Shown: in pieces, positions 46,890 through 56,063 of the stretch
Layout of the letters: every line of letters begins with the position of its first letter
Position numbering within the stretch: position 1 is the stretch's first letter
Made by a program: the position numbers and the translations under genes
Assembly: GCA_016209705.1 (NCBI GenBank)
Contig: JACQVR010000094.1
Coordinates: 64 to 64,063 of the forward strand
DNA length: 64,000 nt
Reading direction: 5' to 3'
DNA from: Planctomycetota bacterium
GTDB taxonomy: Bacteria; Planctomycetota; MHYJ01; JACPRB01
Notes under the pieces: generated by a model
Databases searched by the model: none
Told to the model about the DNA's origin: nothing
What the model saw: only the letters and a program-made list of their open reading frames with translations

Positions 46890-48425
46890 ATGGACAAACA
46901 CGACCAGCGAAAGGCAGGGATCAGGCCGGCCGGCTATGAGGCCCTGATCGCCCGGTACGAACTGGACGTCATCCCGAACTGGCACCGTTCTTTCGTGGCC
47001 GCCGGTGGCCTCCGTCGGATCAAGGCCTCTTCCGGTGTAACCGAGGAAATCTATCCGCCGAAGTACTGGCCAGGGGATTCTCTTGGAGACCATCTCGAGT
47101 TCGCGCTCAAGTACGACGGCACGAACCTGGCGATCCTCGCCAAGATATTTCAGGTCTCGCCACAAGAGGAAATCCTGGATCACATCCGGTCCAAGCCGAC
47201 CGGCAAGTACGCCCGGAGGTTGTGGTTCCTGTACGAATTTCTGACCGGCAACCCCCTCCCCTTGGACGACCTCACGCGAGGAAACTACATCAACCTCCTC
47301 GATCCTGAGGAGTACTACACGGCCGAAACAGCCCGGCTCGTGCGTCGCCAGCGGATCAACGACAACCTGCTCGGTGACCGGCGATTCTGTCCGGCGATCC
47401 GTCGCACCGCTGCGCTCCAGGGCTTCGAGCGCGCCGATCTTCCCGAACGCGGCCGGAAGGTCGTGGCCGCCTTTGCGCCGGAGCTTCTGAAACGGGCCTT
47501 GAGCTACCTGTACACCAAGGAGACGAGATCATCCTTCGAGATCGAGCGCATCAAGCCGGACTCGATGCGCACGGAGCGCTTCGTCGCGCTCTTGCAACTG
47601 GCGCAGCGGGAGGACTTCTGCGAAAAGCTCCAGTTGATCGACCTCCAGAACCGTATCGTCGACCCTCGGTTCCGAGAAGTCGATTATCGCACAAGCCAGA
47701 ATTACGTCGGCGAAACCGTCGCTTGGCAGCAAGAAAAGGTCCATTTCGCATGTCCGAAGCCGGAAGACCTGCGCGATCTGATGGAAGGGTTGGTCGCCGC
47801 TCATCGCCGCATGAACGCGGGCGATGTTTCGCCCGTGGCGCATGCCGCGGCGATCGCCTATGGATTCGTCTACCTCCATCCGTTCGAAGACGGGAACGGC
47901 CGCATCCATCGTTTCCTGATCCACAACATTCTGGCGCGCCGCGGCTTTACCCCCGAAGGAATGATGTTCCCGGTGTCGGCATCCATGCTGAAGAACGCCG
48001 CGGACTACGACGCCTCGCTCGAGGCCTTTTCCCGTCCTTTGATGGCCCTGGTGGAATACTCCTTGGACGACGAGGGGCGGATGACCGTTCACAACGATAC
48101 GGCCTCCTGGTATCGGTACATCGACATGACCTTCCAGGCCGAGGCTTTGTTCAAGTTCATCGAGCGGACGATCGCCACGGAACTGGTCGAGGAGTTGACC
48201 TTCCTGGCCAACTACGACCGGACCAAGAAGGCGATTCAAGAGATCGTGGACATGCCGGATCGACACATCGATCTTTTCATCCGGTTCTGTCTGCAAAATA
48301 ACGGCCGCCTTTCCGCGCGGAAGCGCGCCGGCCCCTTTTCTTCCCTCTCGGACGAGGAAGTCGCGCGCATGGAAGAGGCCGTTCAATCTTCCTATGGAAA
48401 CGAGACGAGGGACGAGCGTCGATGA
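46890..48425 (+). CDS. Fic family protein (adenylyltransferase/AMPylator-type).
   Basis: The Fic motif HPFEDGNGRIHR is present, with a long N-terminal helical extension. The AT-rich divergent promoter upstream has TTGACA and TATAAC boxes. Confidence 0.85.
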   Translation: MDKHDQRKAGIRPAGYEALIARYELDVIPNWHRSFVAAGGLRRIKASSGVTEEIYPPKYWPGDSLGDHLEFALKYDGTNLAILAKIFQVSPQEEILDHIRSKPTGKYARRLWFLYEFLTGNPLPLDDLTRGNYINLLDPEEYYTAETARLVRRQRINDNLLGDRRFCPAIRRTAALQGFERADLPERGRKVVAAFAPELLKRALSYLYTKETRSSFEIERIKPDSMRTERFVALLQLAQREDFCEKLQLIDLQNRIVDPRFREVDYRTSQNYVGETVAWQQEKVHFACPKPEDLRDLMEGLVAAHRRMNAGDVSPVAHAAAIAYGFVYLHPFEDGNGRIHRFLIHNILARRGFTPEGMMFPVSASMLKNAADYDASLEAFSRPLMALVEYSLDDEGRMTVHNDTASWYRYIDMTFQAEALFKFIERTIATELVEELTFLANYDRTKKAIQEIVDMPDRHIDLFIRFCLQNNGRLSARKRAGPFSSLSDEEVARMEEAVQSSYGNETRDERR

Positions 48426-48458
48426 TCGTCTCGCCGGGCTCCGTGAAAATCGAGATCT

Positions 48459-48938
48459 CTACAAAAGCGATTTTTGCCAGAAGCGTAGCGGTCCCGCCTC
48501 AGCTTTGTATCGCACCTCTTCGAATCCGAAATTCGCGTAGAACCTCTGTGCCTTGGTGTTGTTCTCTTGAACTTCCAAGGTCAGCTTGCCACAGTCCAAT
48601 TCATTGGCTCTCCGCTCGATAGCTTTTAGCATACATCCACCTACGCCCTGTCTCTGATATCTCTGCTGAACGTATAAGTCATGAATGTTTATCAATCTTC
48701 TGCCGGTAAATGTTGAAAAGCCAATGAAACAGATGGCAAGGCCAACCGGCCTTTTGTCGCAATAGGCCAGGAAGACCAATGCCGTGGCCAGAGAACGGAG
48801 GCCAGGAATCAAGCGATCGCACACGTCAGGCGGAAGGTCTCCCGTGATCTCTCGCGCAAATTCTTTGATGAGGCCAAGGACCGCTTTCTGATCCTCCGAT
48901 CTGCCGAGATCGGTCTCCTCGACCGTGATTACGAGCAT
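48459..48938 (-). CDS. GNAT family N-acetyltransferase.
   Basis: An acetyl-CoA site QRYQRQGVGGCML is followed by a C-terminal FGFEEV. Start MLVITVEE. Confidence 0.75.
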   Translation of the reverse strand: MLVITVEETDLGRSEDQKAVLGLIKEFAREITGDLPPDVCDRLIPGLRSLATALVFLAYCDKRPVGLAICFIGFSTFTGRRLINIHDLYVQQRYQRQGVGGCMLKAIERRANELDCGKLTLEVQENNTKAQRFYANFGFEEVRYKAEAGPLRFWQKSLL

Positions 48939-49118
48939 TGTTTCGGACCTCCTCTTTACTTGCGCGCCCGCCGGCACATGTGGGCAACGGGCCGCAAAGG
49001 ACCGGCTCCTGCTCGGATTGACCACGGTAGAGCCCTTGGTCCGTTCCGACCAAGGGCGTCGTACGTGCCATGGCCGCACACTGTCGTGGTCGGGTTCGCG
49101 GACGGTCCATCAGGTATA

Positions 49119-49478
49119 TTATCGATACGCATATTCCGGCCGGTATGAAACCACCTCGATCTCCAGGCCGTCCGGGTCCATCACGTAGACCGCATCCCCC
49201 TCCTTCCGCGACGCCGACTCCGCGATTTCGATTCCTTCCCGTTTCAGGCGTTCCCGGAACGTCGCCAGATCGGTCGTGACGAATCCCACATGAGCGAAGA
49301 AGCCGGTCGATCCGCCGGTTCCTCCCTCCGTGAGGGCGACGTAGAACCGGTCCGTCCCGATGTGCACGGTCCGGCCGTACGGTCCCACCCCATCGTACCG
49401 GACGGCGAATCCGAACGCTCGCCGGTAGAAATCGGCGCTGCGGTCGACATCCGCGACGGACAAGTGGATGTGCTCCAT
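49119..49478 (-). CDS. VOC (glyoxalase/bleomycin-resistance/dioxygenase) family protein.
   Basis: A paired beta-alpha-beta-beta-beta module is present, with HIHLSVADVDRSADFYRRAFGF and the metal-binding Glu near the C-terminus. Confidence 0.7.
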   Translation of the reverse strand: MEHIHLSVADVDRSADFYRRAFGFAVRYDGVGPYGRTVHIGTDRFYVALTEGGTGGSTGFFAHVGFVTTDLATFRERLKREGIEIAESASRKEGDAVYVMDPDGLEIEVVSYRPEYAYR

Positions 49479-49550
49479 GCGCTCCGCGACGGCCCGAGAA
49501 TCCGGACCCAGGGCGAGGTTTTCCACGGCGATTCTCCTTAAATCTTATCT

Positions 49551-49564
49551 ACAGTATATACTGT
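49551..49564. promoter_or_regulatory. Perfect 14-bp palindrome ACAGTATATACTGT in the AT-rich divergent region upstream of the regulator gene.
   Basis: The sequence is self-complementary. It sits 60 bp upstream of the wHTH regulator start and is a likely autoregulatory operator. Confidence 0.45.
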
Positions 49565-49626
49565 CTAAATAATATTTACTCAAGGAACATCTGGCATCCC
49601 GCGGACGCGCGGTTTAGGATGCCCGT

Positions 49627-50250
49627 ATGCCCGAATACACGGAAGCCGACCGACCGCGGATCTTGGACGTGCTCAAACTTCACGGCCCGCGGAACGTGCC
49701 GGCGCTTGCGCGGACCTTAGGCGTCAACCCCACGGCGGTGCGCCAGCAGCTCGCGGTGCTCCAGAGGGACGGCCTGGTCGCCGTCGGCATCGAGCGCCGC
49801 CGGGTCGGCCGGCCGACGCAGGTCTGGAGCCTGACGGCGAAGGCGGAGGCCTTATTCCCGCAAGCGTACGGGACGATGGCGCTGTCCCTGCTGCGGCAGC
49901 TACGGGAGGTGGACGGCGAAGCCAAGATCGAGCGCCTCTTCGCCCGGCGGACGCGGGAGTTGATGAAGGCCTATCGCCGAGCGCTACGGGGGAAGTCGGC
50001 GGCGGAGAAGTTCCGCGAGCTGGCGCGGATCCGCGACCGCGAGGGATACATGGCGCGGGCGGATCGGGACGGCCTCACGGAGCACCACTGCCCGATCGCG
50101 GCGATCGCGCGGGAGTTCCCCGCGGTGTGCCGGTACGAGAAGCTCCTCTTCGAGGCCGCGCTGGGGGCGGAATTGACGCGCACGGAGCACATCGCCTCCG
50201 GCGGCCGCTCCTGCGTGTACCGCCAGAGTGAGCCGATAATCTTTATGTGA
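49627..50250 (+). CDS. Winged-helix transcriptional regulator with a C-terminal Cys/His-rich (putative metal or Fe-S sensing) domain.
   Basis: The N-terminus has ArsR/DeoR-like HTH LARTLGVNPTAVRQQLAVLQRDGLV. The C-terminus reads EHHCPIAAIAREFPAVCRYE...GGRSCVY. Confidence 0.6.
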   Translation: MPEYTEADRPRILDVLKLHGPRNVPALARTLGVNPTAVRQQLAVLQRDGLVAVGIERRRVGRPTQVWSLTAKAEALFPQAYGTMALSLLRQLREVDGEAKIERLFARRTRELMKAYRRALRGKSAAEKFRELARIRDREGYMARADRDGLTEHHCPIAAIAREFPAVCRYEKLLFEAALGAELTRTEHIASGGRSCVYRQSEPIIFM

Positions 50251-50549
50251 GAGGGGGCATAGGATACTCCAGCTACGATATACGGCTGCGTGCGGTCAGC
50301 GCAGTGCAGCGAGGTACGGGGATCTGCGTCGTGGCGGAGGCTTTTGGCACAAATCGCTCGACGCTCCATCGGTGGATACAGCGTTATCAATGGGAAAATG
50401 AAGCCGATCGAGAAGATTTCAAAAAAGATCGGGCCAACTTTGCCAAGCTCATGGCCGTGGCGCTCAGGACCGGGAACGAGATCATCCGCCGGCTCGACAA
50501 CATCCAGCACACCCTCCGCATCCAAGGCAATGGGCGCAAGAATCGATAG
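50247..50549 (+). mobile_element. IS630-family transposase N-terminal HTH fragment fused to a copy of the DRANFAKL...IQGNGRKNR module.
   Basis: YDIRLRAVSAVQRGTGICVVAEAFGTNRSTLHRWIQRY resembles the IS630/Tc1 HTH. No DDE domain follows. Instead the tail matches the C-terminus of ORF 43760..44197. Confidence 0.45.
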
Positions 50550-50595
50550 GGCAAGGTCCGCGAAAAAATAACCGATGCTATTTTTGATGAAAGGC

Positions 50596-50672
50596 TTGAA
50601 CCGCCAAAGCACCAAACCGCCAACCGAGTTCATCAGGAACTTCCAACGGCGCTTTAGCGTCTTGGCGGTTCA
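50596..50672. repeat. REP/MITE-like palindromic element, copy 2 (TTGAACCGCCAAAGC...TTGGCGGTTCA).
   Basis: It has the same termini and internal CGCCAAA units as the element at 16436-16512. Confidence 0.45.
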
Positions 50673-50706
50673 TGCACGAGACAGAGCCGCTATTTTCTAA
50701 CGATCT

Positions 50707-51423
50707 CTACTGCTGGTACTTCATGACGTAAATCACCGGGCGCGCATCGCTCGGGAGGCTCTGCTTGTCCACCTCGAATTTGACATCCTCGATCCGCTTG
50801 ATCGAGGCCGCGTCCTTGCCCTTCAGGAACTCGTCGACGCCGGATGCCAGCCACGTTGCTTCCTTGGTCTTGTAGTGCATGGGCACGACGATCCGCGGCT
50901 TGAGCTTCTTGATGACCTCGTCCGCCTCCTTGGCGTTCAGGACGACTTTGCCGCCCACAGGGATGAATAACACATCGACCCTTCCCAGCATCAAGACCTG
51001 CTCGTCCGAGAGAATTTCGCACAAGTCCCCGCAATGGGCGAACCGCACCCCGTTCAGCTCCACCGCGAACATGGTGTTCTGGCCGCGATCGCCGCCGTGA
51101 TCCGAAACCACGTGCGTGAACTTGAGGCCGCCGATGGTGGTCGCTCCGTTCTTGAATTTTTGCCGCAGCACCATCGGCATGCCGTTGATCGCGGCGACGT
51201 TGTTGTGGTCGCCGTGCTCGTGCGAGCAGCAGCAGATCTGGGCGGTCGCGGATTGCACCTTATAACCCCATGCTCCGTCGTACGGATCGAACGCCACGGT
51301 CAGTCGGCCGGCGGAGACGGTGAAGAAGGAATGGCCATACCAGGTTACCGTCACTTTGTCCGACTTGCCTTCTTGCGGGACGGTCGCGGCCAACACGGCC
51401 GACGCGATCAGCGCGAGACGCAT
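50707..51423 (-). CDS. MBL-fold metallo-hydrolase (secreted).
   Basis: A signal peptide and an HEHGDH metal-binding motif are present. Confidence 0.8.
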   Translation of the reverse strand: MRLALIASAVLAATVPQEGKSDKVTVTWYGHSFFTVSAGRLTVAFDPYDGAWGYKVQSATAQICCCSHEHGDHNNVAAINGMPMVLRQKFKNGATTIGGLKFTHVVSDHGGDRGQNTMFAVELNGVRFAHCGDLCEILSDEQVLMLGRVDVLFIPVGGKVVLNAKEADEVIKKLKPRIVVPMHYKTKEATWLASGVDEFLKGKDAASIKRIEDVKFEVDKQSLPSDARPVIYVMKYQQ

Positions 51424-51447
51424 GACATGCTCCTTTCTGCCAGGAGA

Positions 51448-51774
51448 TCATCGGGATATTGGAGATACGGAGATTTCCTCCACTATGGCGGTCTTAGTAC
51501 CGCCACCCGCAAATGAATGACCAGATGGCGGGTGGCGGAGTCCGACGCCATTGAAGAAGCCGAATGTCACGTGGGCTTTCGCGGCCATCATGAAACAGAT
51601 CAGGCCGCTCTTGGCGTAACAGAGTTGTCCCCATTTGATCGACTCTTCGAATCCCGGCTCGGCATCGAGGAGGAGCTTCCGAAGCGCCTGAGCGATCTCC
51701 CGGAGTTCAGGCTTGAGCTTGGCGATCCAGTCGGAGGCTCCCGGCCGCGCTTTCTCTTTCGCCGCCATGATTTC
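51448..51774 (-). CDS. DUF1801 (YdhG-like) domain protein.
   Basis: IKWGQLCYA is present. RBS GAGGAG lies 7 nt upstream of ATG 51774. The longer track ORF start is artefactual. Confidence 0.6.
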   Translation of the reverse strand, partial: EIMAAKEKARPGASDWIAKLKPELREIAQALRKLLLDAEPGFEESIKWGQLCYAKSGLICFMMAAKAHVTFGFFNGVGLRHPPSGHSFAGGGTKTAIVEEISVSPISR

Positions 51775-51779
51775 GCTCC

Positions 51780-52255
51780 TCATGGAACCATCTGCTTCAT
51801 GTGATGCTTCAAATGCTGGACATAGTCCCGCATGAGGAATTCCAGCGTCACGGGATCGTCGTCGCCGATGACGCATCGGTTTCCAAGACGCCGCGAATCC
51901 GCGCTTTTCATCACGCGCGCCAGATGAAGATTGTACCCCTTCCAAAGGTTCACCAGAAGCGCCCACGGTTCGCGATGATATCCTTGGGTCGCCACCCATT
52001 CATCCTGATCATAGGCGGGGAAGCGGAGTTCGCCGGCCAACTGGGCTCGGACGAAGCGTTGATGGTTGTTCGACGCGGAATCGATGAGATGGCCCAGGAT
52101 TTCTTTCTTCGACCACTTGCCCGGCGCGGGACGGACTTCGCTCTCCTCTTCCGTGACGCGATGAAGCAGAGCGGCATAATGTTCCACGGACGCATTCAAG
52201 TCTTCGACAACGTCTTCAAGGCCGGTGCTTTGTTGGCTCATTCGCATTCTCCTTC
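51780..52255 (-). CDS. DinB/YfiT-like (DinB_2) metal-dependent hydrolase superfamily protein.
   Basis: His-triad type motifs are present (ILGHLIDSASNNHQRF ... HLKHH). Confidence 0.65.
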
Positions 52256-52258
52256 CGC

Positions 52259-52885
52259 TCAATGACCGCCCAATCCACGGCCGGCGACATGCAGGATGAC
52301 AAAGAGCAGGACCAAGACGAGGGCGATGATACCCAATATCTTCACCCAGCGGCCGGGTTCGATGGCGGTGTCGCCACGCTGATCGCGCATCTTGCGCCGT
52401 CCATATGGGGTCATCCCTCGCGGCTTGTACACGGAGAGCGCCGCCGCCACGCCCAACGCGACCAGAGCCGCGCCGGCGTCCGCCACGAGTTGAAGCCGCA
52501 GTCCGGCGAGCTCGCCATGGGCCAGCGTCGTCTCCGCCACGACGCGCGCCAGGTGCCCGACGGGTTGCATGTGCATCAGCAAGAGGATCGTGGCGAGGAC
52601 GGTGATCAGGAATTTCACCAGGACCCAATAGTGCCGGAACAAGCCCCACTCCGTGCCCAGCGACATGATCAGGCCGGTCGGCAGCGATGCGAGACTCAGC
52701 GGAACGATGACGAACCAGCCGGTCAATGTCATCGCCAGATAGGCGGCGCGCACCATCTGAACATCCTCGCTCGCGAGGCCGGCGATCGCGAGGGCGAGGA
52801 AGCCCGCGACCGCGCCGAGCCAGCCGACCGAGGAGGTAACATGTCCGGTGAGCGCGAATTTTCGAAGACTCGAGGTCATGATCAT
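52259..52885 (-). CDS. Hypothetical integral membrane protein (about 5 TM segments).
   Basis: The ORF is hydrophobic. Start MIMTSSLRKF is at 52885, and it overlaps the upstream AKR gene by 4 nt. Confidence 0.5.
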   Translation of the reverse strand: MIMTSSLRKFALTGHVTSSVGWLGAVAGFLALAIAGLASEDVQMVRAAYLAMTLTGWFVIVPLSLASLPTGLIMSLGTEWGLFRHYWVLVKFLITVLATILLLMHMQPVGHLARVVAETTLAHGELAGLRLQLVADAGAALVALGVAAALSVYKPRGMTPYGRRKMRDQRGDTAIEPGRWVKILGIIALVLVLLFVILHVAGRGLGGH

Positions 52886-53706
52886 GGCGAAACCTCCAGG
52901 TATTCGATCGCCCGCACCGCTGGATCGGGCAAGGCCAGATCGAGGGAGGCGAGATCCTGTCTCATATGCTCGGGATCGGAGGTGCCCGTGAGAGGCAGCA
53001 TCCCGACCGCTCGCGCGAATCGGAACACGATCTGAGCCGGGGTGACGTTCAGACGCCTCGCGAGATCCGTGACACGCGGGAGGTGGAGAACCTCCGGATT
53101 GGCCGTGAGCAACGAAAACCCCTGATAAACGATGCCCCTTTCCTTGCAGAACGCGCGCACGCCGCGATCCCAACCCAGCCGCGCGAAGCAACGATTCTGA
53201 ACGAACGCCGGAGGTTCCGGCTGCGCGGCCGCCATTTGTTGAAGATGCCGGAGCGACACATTGCTGACGCCCACCCGCCGCGCCCGTCCGGCATCTCGCT
53301 CCCGCACCATCGACGCCCAGACTTCCGTGTCCTCCGCCGTCCAGCCATGTCCAGAGGACGGCCCATGCATGATGAAGCTGTCGACGTAGTCGGTTCCCAG
53401 ATGTTCGAGTGAGCTGGCCGTCGACTGAGCGACCTGCGTGGAGAGATCGGCGGCGGGATCGTACGGCAAACGGTGGTCCTGTCCGGCCTGGTGCGTGAAC
53501 TTCGTCTGGAGGAACAGATCCTCGCGCTTGACAACTCCCGCCCGGTAGGCGGCGGTGAGACCCTCGCCTACTCCGGCTTCAAAATAGTGGCGTCTCTGGT
53601 TGGCCGTGTCGATGCCGCGAAATCCCATCCGCAGCGCGAGTTCGGTGAGCGCGGCGGTGCGGTCTTCCTTCCAGGCGGTGCCGTAGAGGAAATAGGGGAC
53701 GAGCAT
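52882..53706 (-). CDS. Aldo/keto reductase.
   Basis: YGTAWKED...GFRGIDTANQ, catalytic tetrad context and IMHGPSSGH are present. The start was set at ATG 53706 because the 64-nt leader element abuts it directly. Confidence 0.75.
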   Translation of the reverse strand: MLVPYFLYGTAWKEDRTAALTELALRMGFRGIDTANQRRHYFEAGVGEGLTAAYRAGVVKREDLFLQTKFTHQAGQDHRLPYDPAADLSTQVAQSTASSLEHLGTDYVDSFIMHGPSSGHGWTAEDTEVWASMVRERDAGRARRVGVSNVSLRHLQQMAAAQPEPPAFVQNRCFARLGWDRGVRAFCKERGIVYQGFSLLTANPEVLHLPRVTDLARRLNVTPAQIVFRFARAVGMLPLTGTSDPEHMRQDLASLDLALPDPAVRAIEYLEVSP

Positions 53707-53709
53707 GGC

Positions 53710-53773
53710 GTAGAATTTGCTCAGATGTCCGAATGTCGCAAATTCTACCATCCGAAACCTGCGGTTTCGGCAT
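53710..53773 (-). ncRNA. Conserved 64-nt structured leader element, copy 1, immediately 5' of the AKR start codon.
   Basis: Sense strand is AUGCCGAAACCGCAGGUUUCGGAUGGUAGAAUUUGCGACAUUCGGACAUCUGAGCAAAUUCUAC-GCC-AUG. It folds as two hairpins. Copy 2 at 60163-60226 differs by a compensatory change (AAUUUGC/GCAAAUU versus AAAUUGC/GCAAUUU). Confidence 0.5.
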
Positions 53774-53881
53774 AATTTCGAGGGGAACGGATGGCGTGAG
53801 CAAAAGGATCCATCGGTGTTTCGAGACTGTAGCATAAATACCGGGCTTATCCGTGCCTCGAGCGAACTGAATGAAGGGTGC

Positions 53882-54620
53882 CTAGCGTTTTGTGGCGGCT
53901 ATCGGCTTGGGATAAAGCGGAGAGGCGTCGCTGGTGATTTCCTTCAGCTTCAGCTCGCGACTCTGCAGGATCAACTGGAAGCGTTGGAGAAACCGTTGGA
54001 TGTCCTCGTGAGTCGGGTCATGGTCAACAACCTCGTACAAAAGCCGTTTGAAGTTGCGGTTGTCCACGATCGACAGCACGCAGAAAGGCCCGTCATAGAG
54101 TTCGTCTATGGCAATGTATCCGGAGAATCCACGAAGGGCCCAGTCCAGGTAGTCAGCCTCGATGCGAGCTTCGCCTTTTTTTCCCTGACGTCTCAACCCA
54201 GTTCTGGATCGTGGCGAATGGCACAAAGACACGGTGGTCACGCCAAAGATGCCAGGAGGCCGCCCGATACGGCAGACTGTCTTCGACGACCAATCGGACA
54301 GCGGCCGATACAACGCGGTGGGTGTAGCGGCGGCCGGGTAAGGCGAGGTCTGACATGTCGGCGTTGAAATACTTTCTGCAGCGAGAGCAAAAATGCTGAG
54401 AGTAGGTAAGCTGAATGTCGACGGGGCGTTCCGACCGCGGGTCCCCCAGGTCGTGGAGCACTCGCCCCATCCGCTTCTCGCGATAACATCTGTGAGCACA
54501 TTCGGGGCAGGGTCGACGTTTGTAGTCTCGGCTCCTCTGAATAGCCTTGGGTTTCGGAAGGTCTTCAACTCGCGTTATCCCTTCTGTCCGGTCCGGCCGA
54601 TTTTCCCCCGGTGCAGCCAT
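53882..54620 (-). pseudogene. ISL3-family transposase remnant (N-terminal zinc-finger/HTH region plus the start of the DDE domain), frameshifted and C-terminally truncated.
   Basis: Frame 1 reads RPCPECAHRCYREKRMGRVLHDLGD...RFCSRCRKYF. Frame 2 reads ...YIAIDELYDGPFCVLSIVDNRNFKRLLYEVVDHD. Only about 245 of the expected 400-450 aa are present. Confidence 0.6.
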
Positions 54621-54671
54621 TCTTTCTCTCTCCAGGCAAGAAACCGCCTCTCCCCTGGAGAAATCGGCTCA

Positions 54672-54719
54672 AAACGACGAATAGCTGAAGATTAATCCCG
54701 GTTTCTATGCTACACACTC
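54672..54719. repeat. 48-bp exact direct repeat, copy A (AAACGACGAATAGCTGAAGATTAATCCCGGTTTCTATGCTACACACTC).
   Basis: It is identical to 56016-56063. It lies at the outer edge of the ISL3 remnant and forms the C-terminal tail of the truncated sigma gene. Confidence 0.6.
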
Positions 54720-54720
54720 C

Positions 54721-55203
54721 GTTTGTTCGTCCGTTTCTCCTACCTGGTCCTGCCGAATTTCGGGAGCGCCGAAGGGTGATGACGCGCCGGTACGCCCCGC
54801 CCAGCTCCTCCAAGTACTCGTCGAGCGCTTGGCGCTGCCGGTCGAGATCGCCGGCCGCCTCGACTTCCAGGGCGACTTTCTCCATCCGTTCGAGGGCCCC
54901 CGGAGGCACGGCCATGGCGCCGCGCCTGGCGCGTTCGAGGTGCTCGAGCAGGCGGTGGCGCGAGATTTCGCGCACCCACGCCAGGAAGTTCGTGCCCGGC
55001 TTGTACTGCGCGGCGCTCCGGAGCGCGACGAGCGACACCTCCTGGAGCAGATCTTCCGCGTCGTGCGAGTTCCATACCGCGGCCAGGAGATAGGCGTAGA
55101 GGTCCGCCCGATGCTTGATGAGCAGCATCGGGACGACGTCGGAATCGCCAGCGCACCCTGCGCCCACGTCGGGCTGATCGTCCGGTTTCTGCATCCTCTT
55201 CAT
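54721..55203 (-). pseudogene. Sigma-70/ECF-type sigma factor truncated within region 4 by the 48-bp repeat.
   Basis: Region 2 (DLLQEVSLVALRSAAQYKPGTNFLAWVREISRHRL) and the start of region 4 (YRRVITLRR) are present. The reading frame then enters repeat-derived sequence (VCSIETGINLQLFVV). Confidence 0.5.
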
Positions 55204-55571
55204 AAGTCCTCGGCGAGCCGAATTAGGAAGCGCTTTCTCGAAAATTTTCTGTAAGGTTGACTACAAATAGAACCATGAATTCTATCACATCAAAAACCGC
55301 GCCGCGGAAGAGGGAGAAGAAGTCTTTTTCGCGACCTCCTCAAGCTTCCATTTCCCGGATGCGAGGATATAATTCTTCCCGATAGTGGGGAGGGCCATGC
55401 ATCGGAGTCGAGGGGTTTCACGGTGCGCCGATTGAACCGGGCCGAATTCCCGGCTCGCGCGCCGGACGACGCGACGGAATCCGATCGACCTCTCCCTTCC
55501 TCGAGCTAGAAGCTTCCCCGCCTGACGCGGAGCGGTTCCGGGTCAAGGGGACGGAGGGTCTTTGGAGGAGA

Positions 55572-55883
55572 ATGGACATGCGAAAATTGGCGCTCGTCGT
55601 GGTGGCGGCGGTCTTCCTCGGAGCGACCGTCGGATGCGGCGGACCGTTCACGGTCAGCCGCAGCGTCAACGACTGGTACAACCAGAAGTACGGGGAGACG
55701 CCCTGGCTGTATGGGAACATGGTGTCCAGCGCCGTTTACGGGCTGGCCATGGGCCTGTCCTGGACGGCGGACATGCTGGTCGTGAACACCTATCACTTCT
55801 GGGTGAAGGACGCGCAGCCGATCGGCGACGGCAAGGGAACGACGTTCGAGCACAAGAATCCGACCTCGGGCAAGAAGCGGTAG
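55572..55883 (+). CDS. Small hypothetical lipoprotein.
   Basis: Lipobox FLGATVGC is present in a 103-aa ORF with RBS GGAGGAG. A strong terminator follows. Confidence 0.55.
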   Translation: MDMRKLALVVVAAVFLGATVGCGGPFTVSRSVNDWYNQKYGETPWLYGNMVSSAVYGLAMGLSWTADMLVVNTYHFWVKDAQPIGDGKGTTFEHKNPTSGKKR

Positions 55884-55901
55884 GCCCGGCAAAGTCTGCG
55901 G

Positions 55902-55940
55902 AAAACCCCCGGCGCCCGCCGGGGGTTTTTCTTTTTACCG
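55902..55940 (+). terminator. Rho-independent (bidirectional) terminator.
   Basis: AAAACCCCCGGCGCCCGCCGGGGGTTTTTCTTTTT has an 8-9 bp GC stem flanked by an A-tract and a T-tract. Confidence 0.8.
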
Positions 55941-56015
55941 CGCGATGAACGACTGGACATCGCCTGTGGCGATGAGATCCCCGGAAATGCCCACGTTTCC
56001 CGCCGATCCCGTGGG

Positions 56016-56063
56016 AAACGACGAATAGCTGAAGATTAATCCCGGTTTCTATGCTACACACTC
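56016..56063. repeat. 48-bp exact direct repeat, copy B. It supplies the last 4 codons and the stop of the M48 protease gene.
   Basis: It is identical to 54672-54719. The minus-strand reading GAG TGT GTA GCA TAG within the repeat ends ORF 56049..57419. Confidence 0.6.
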
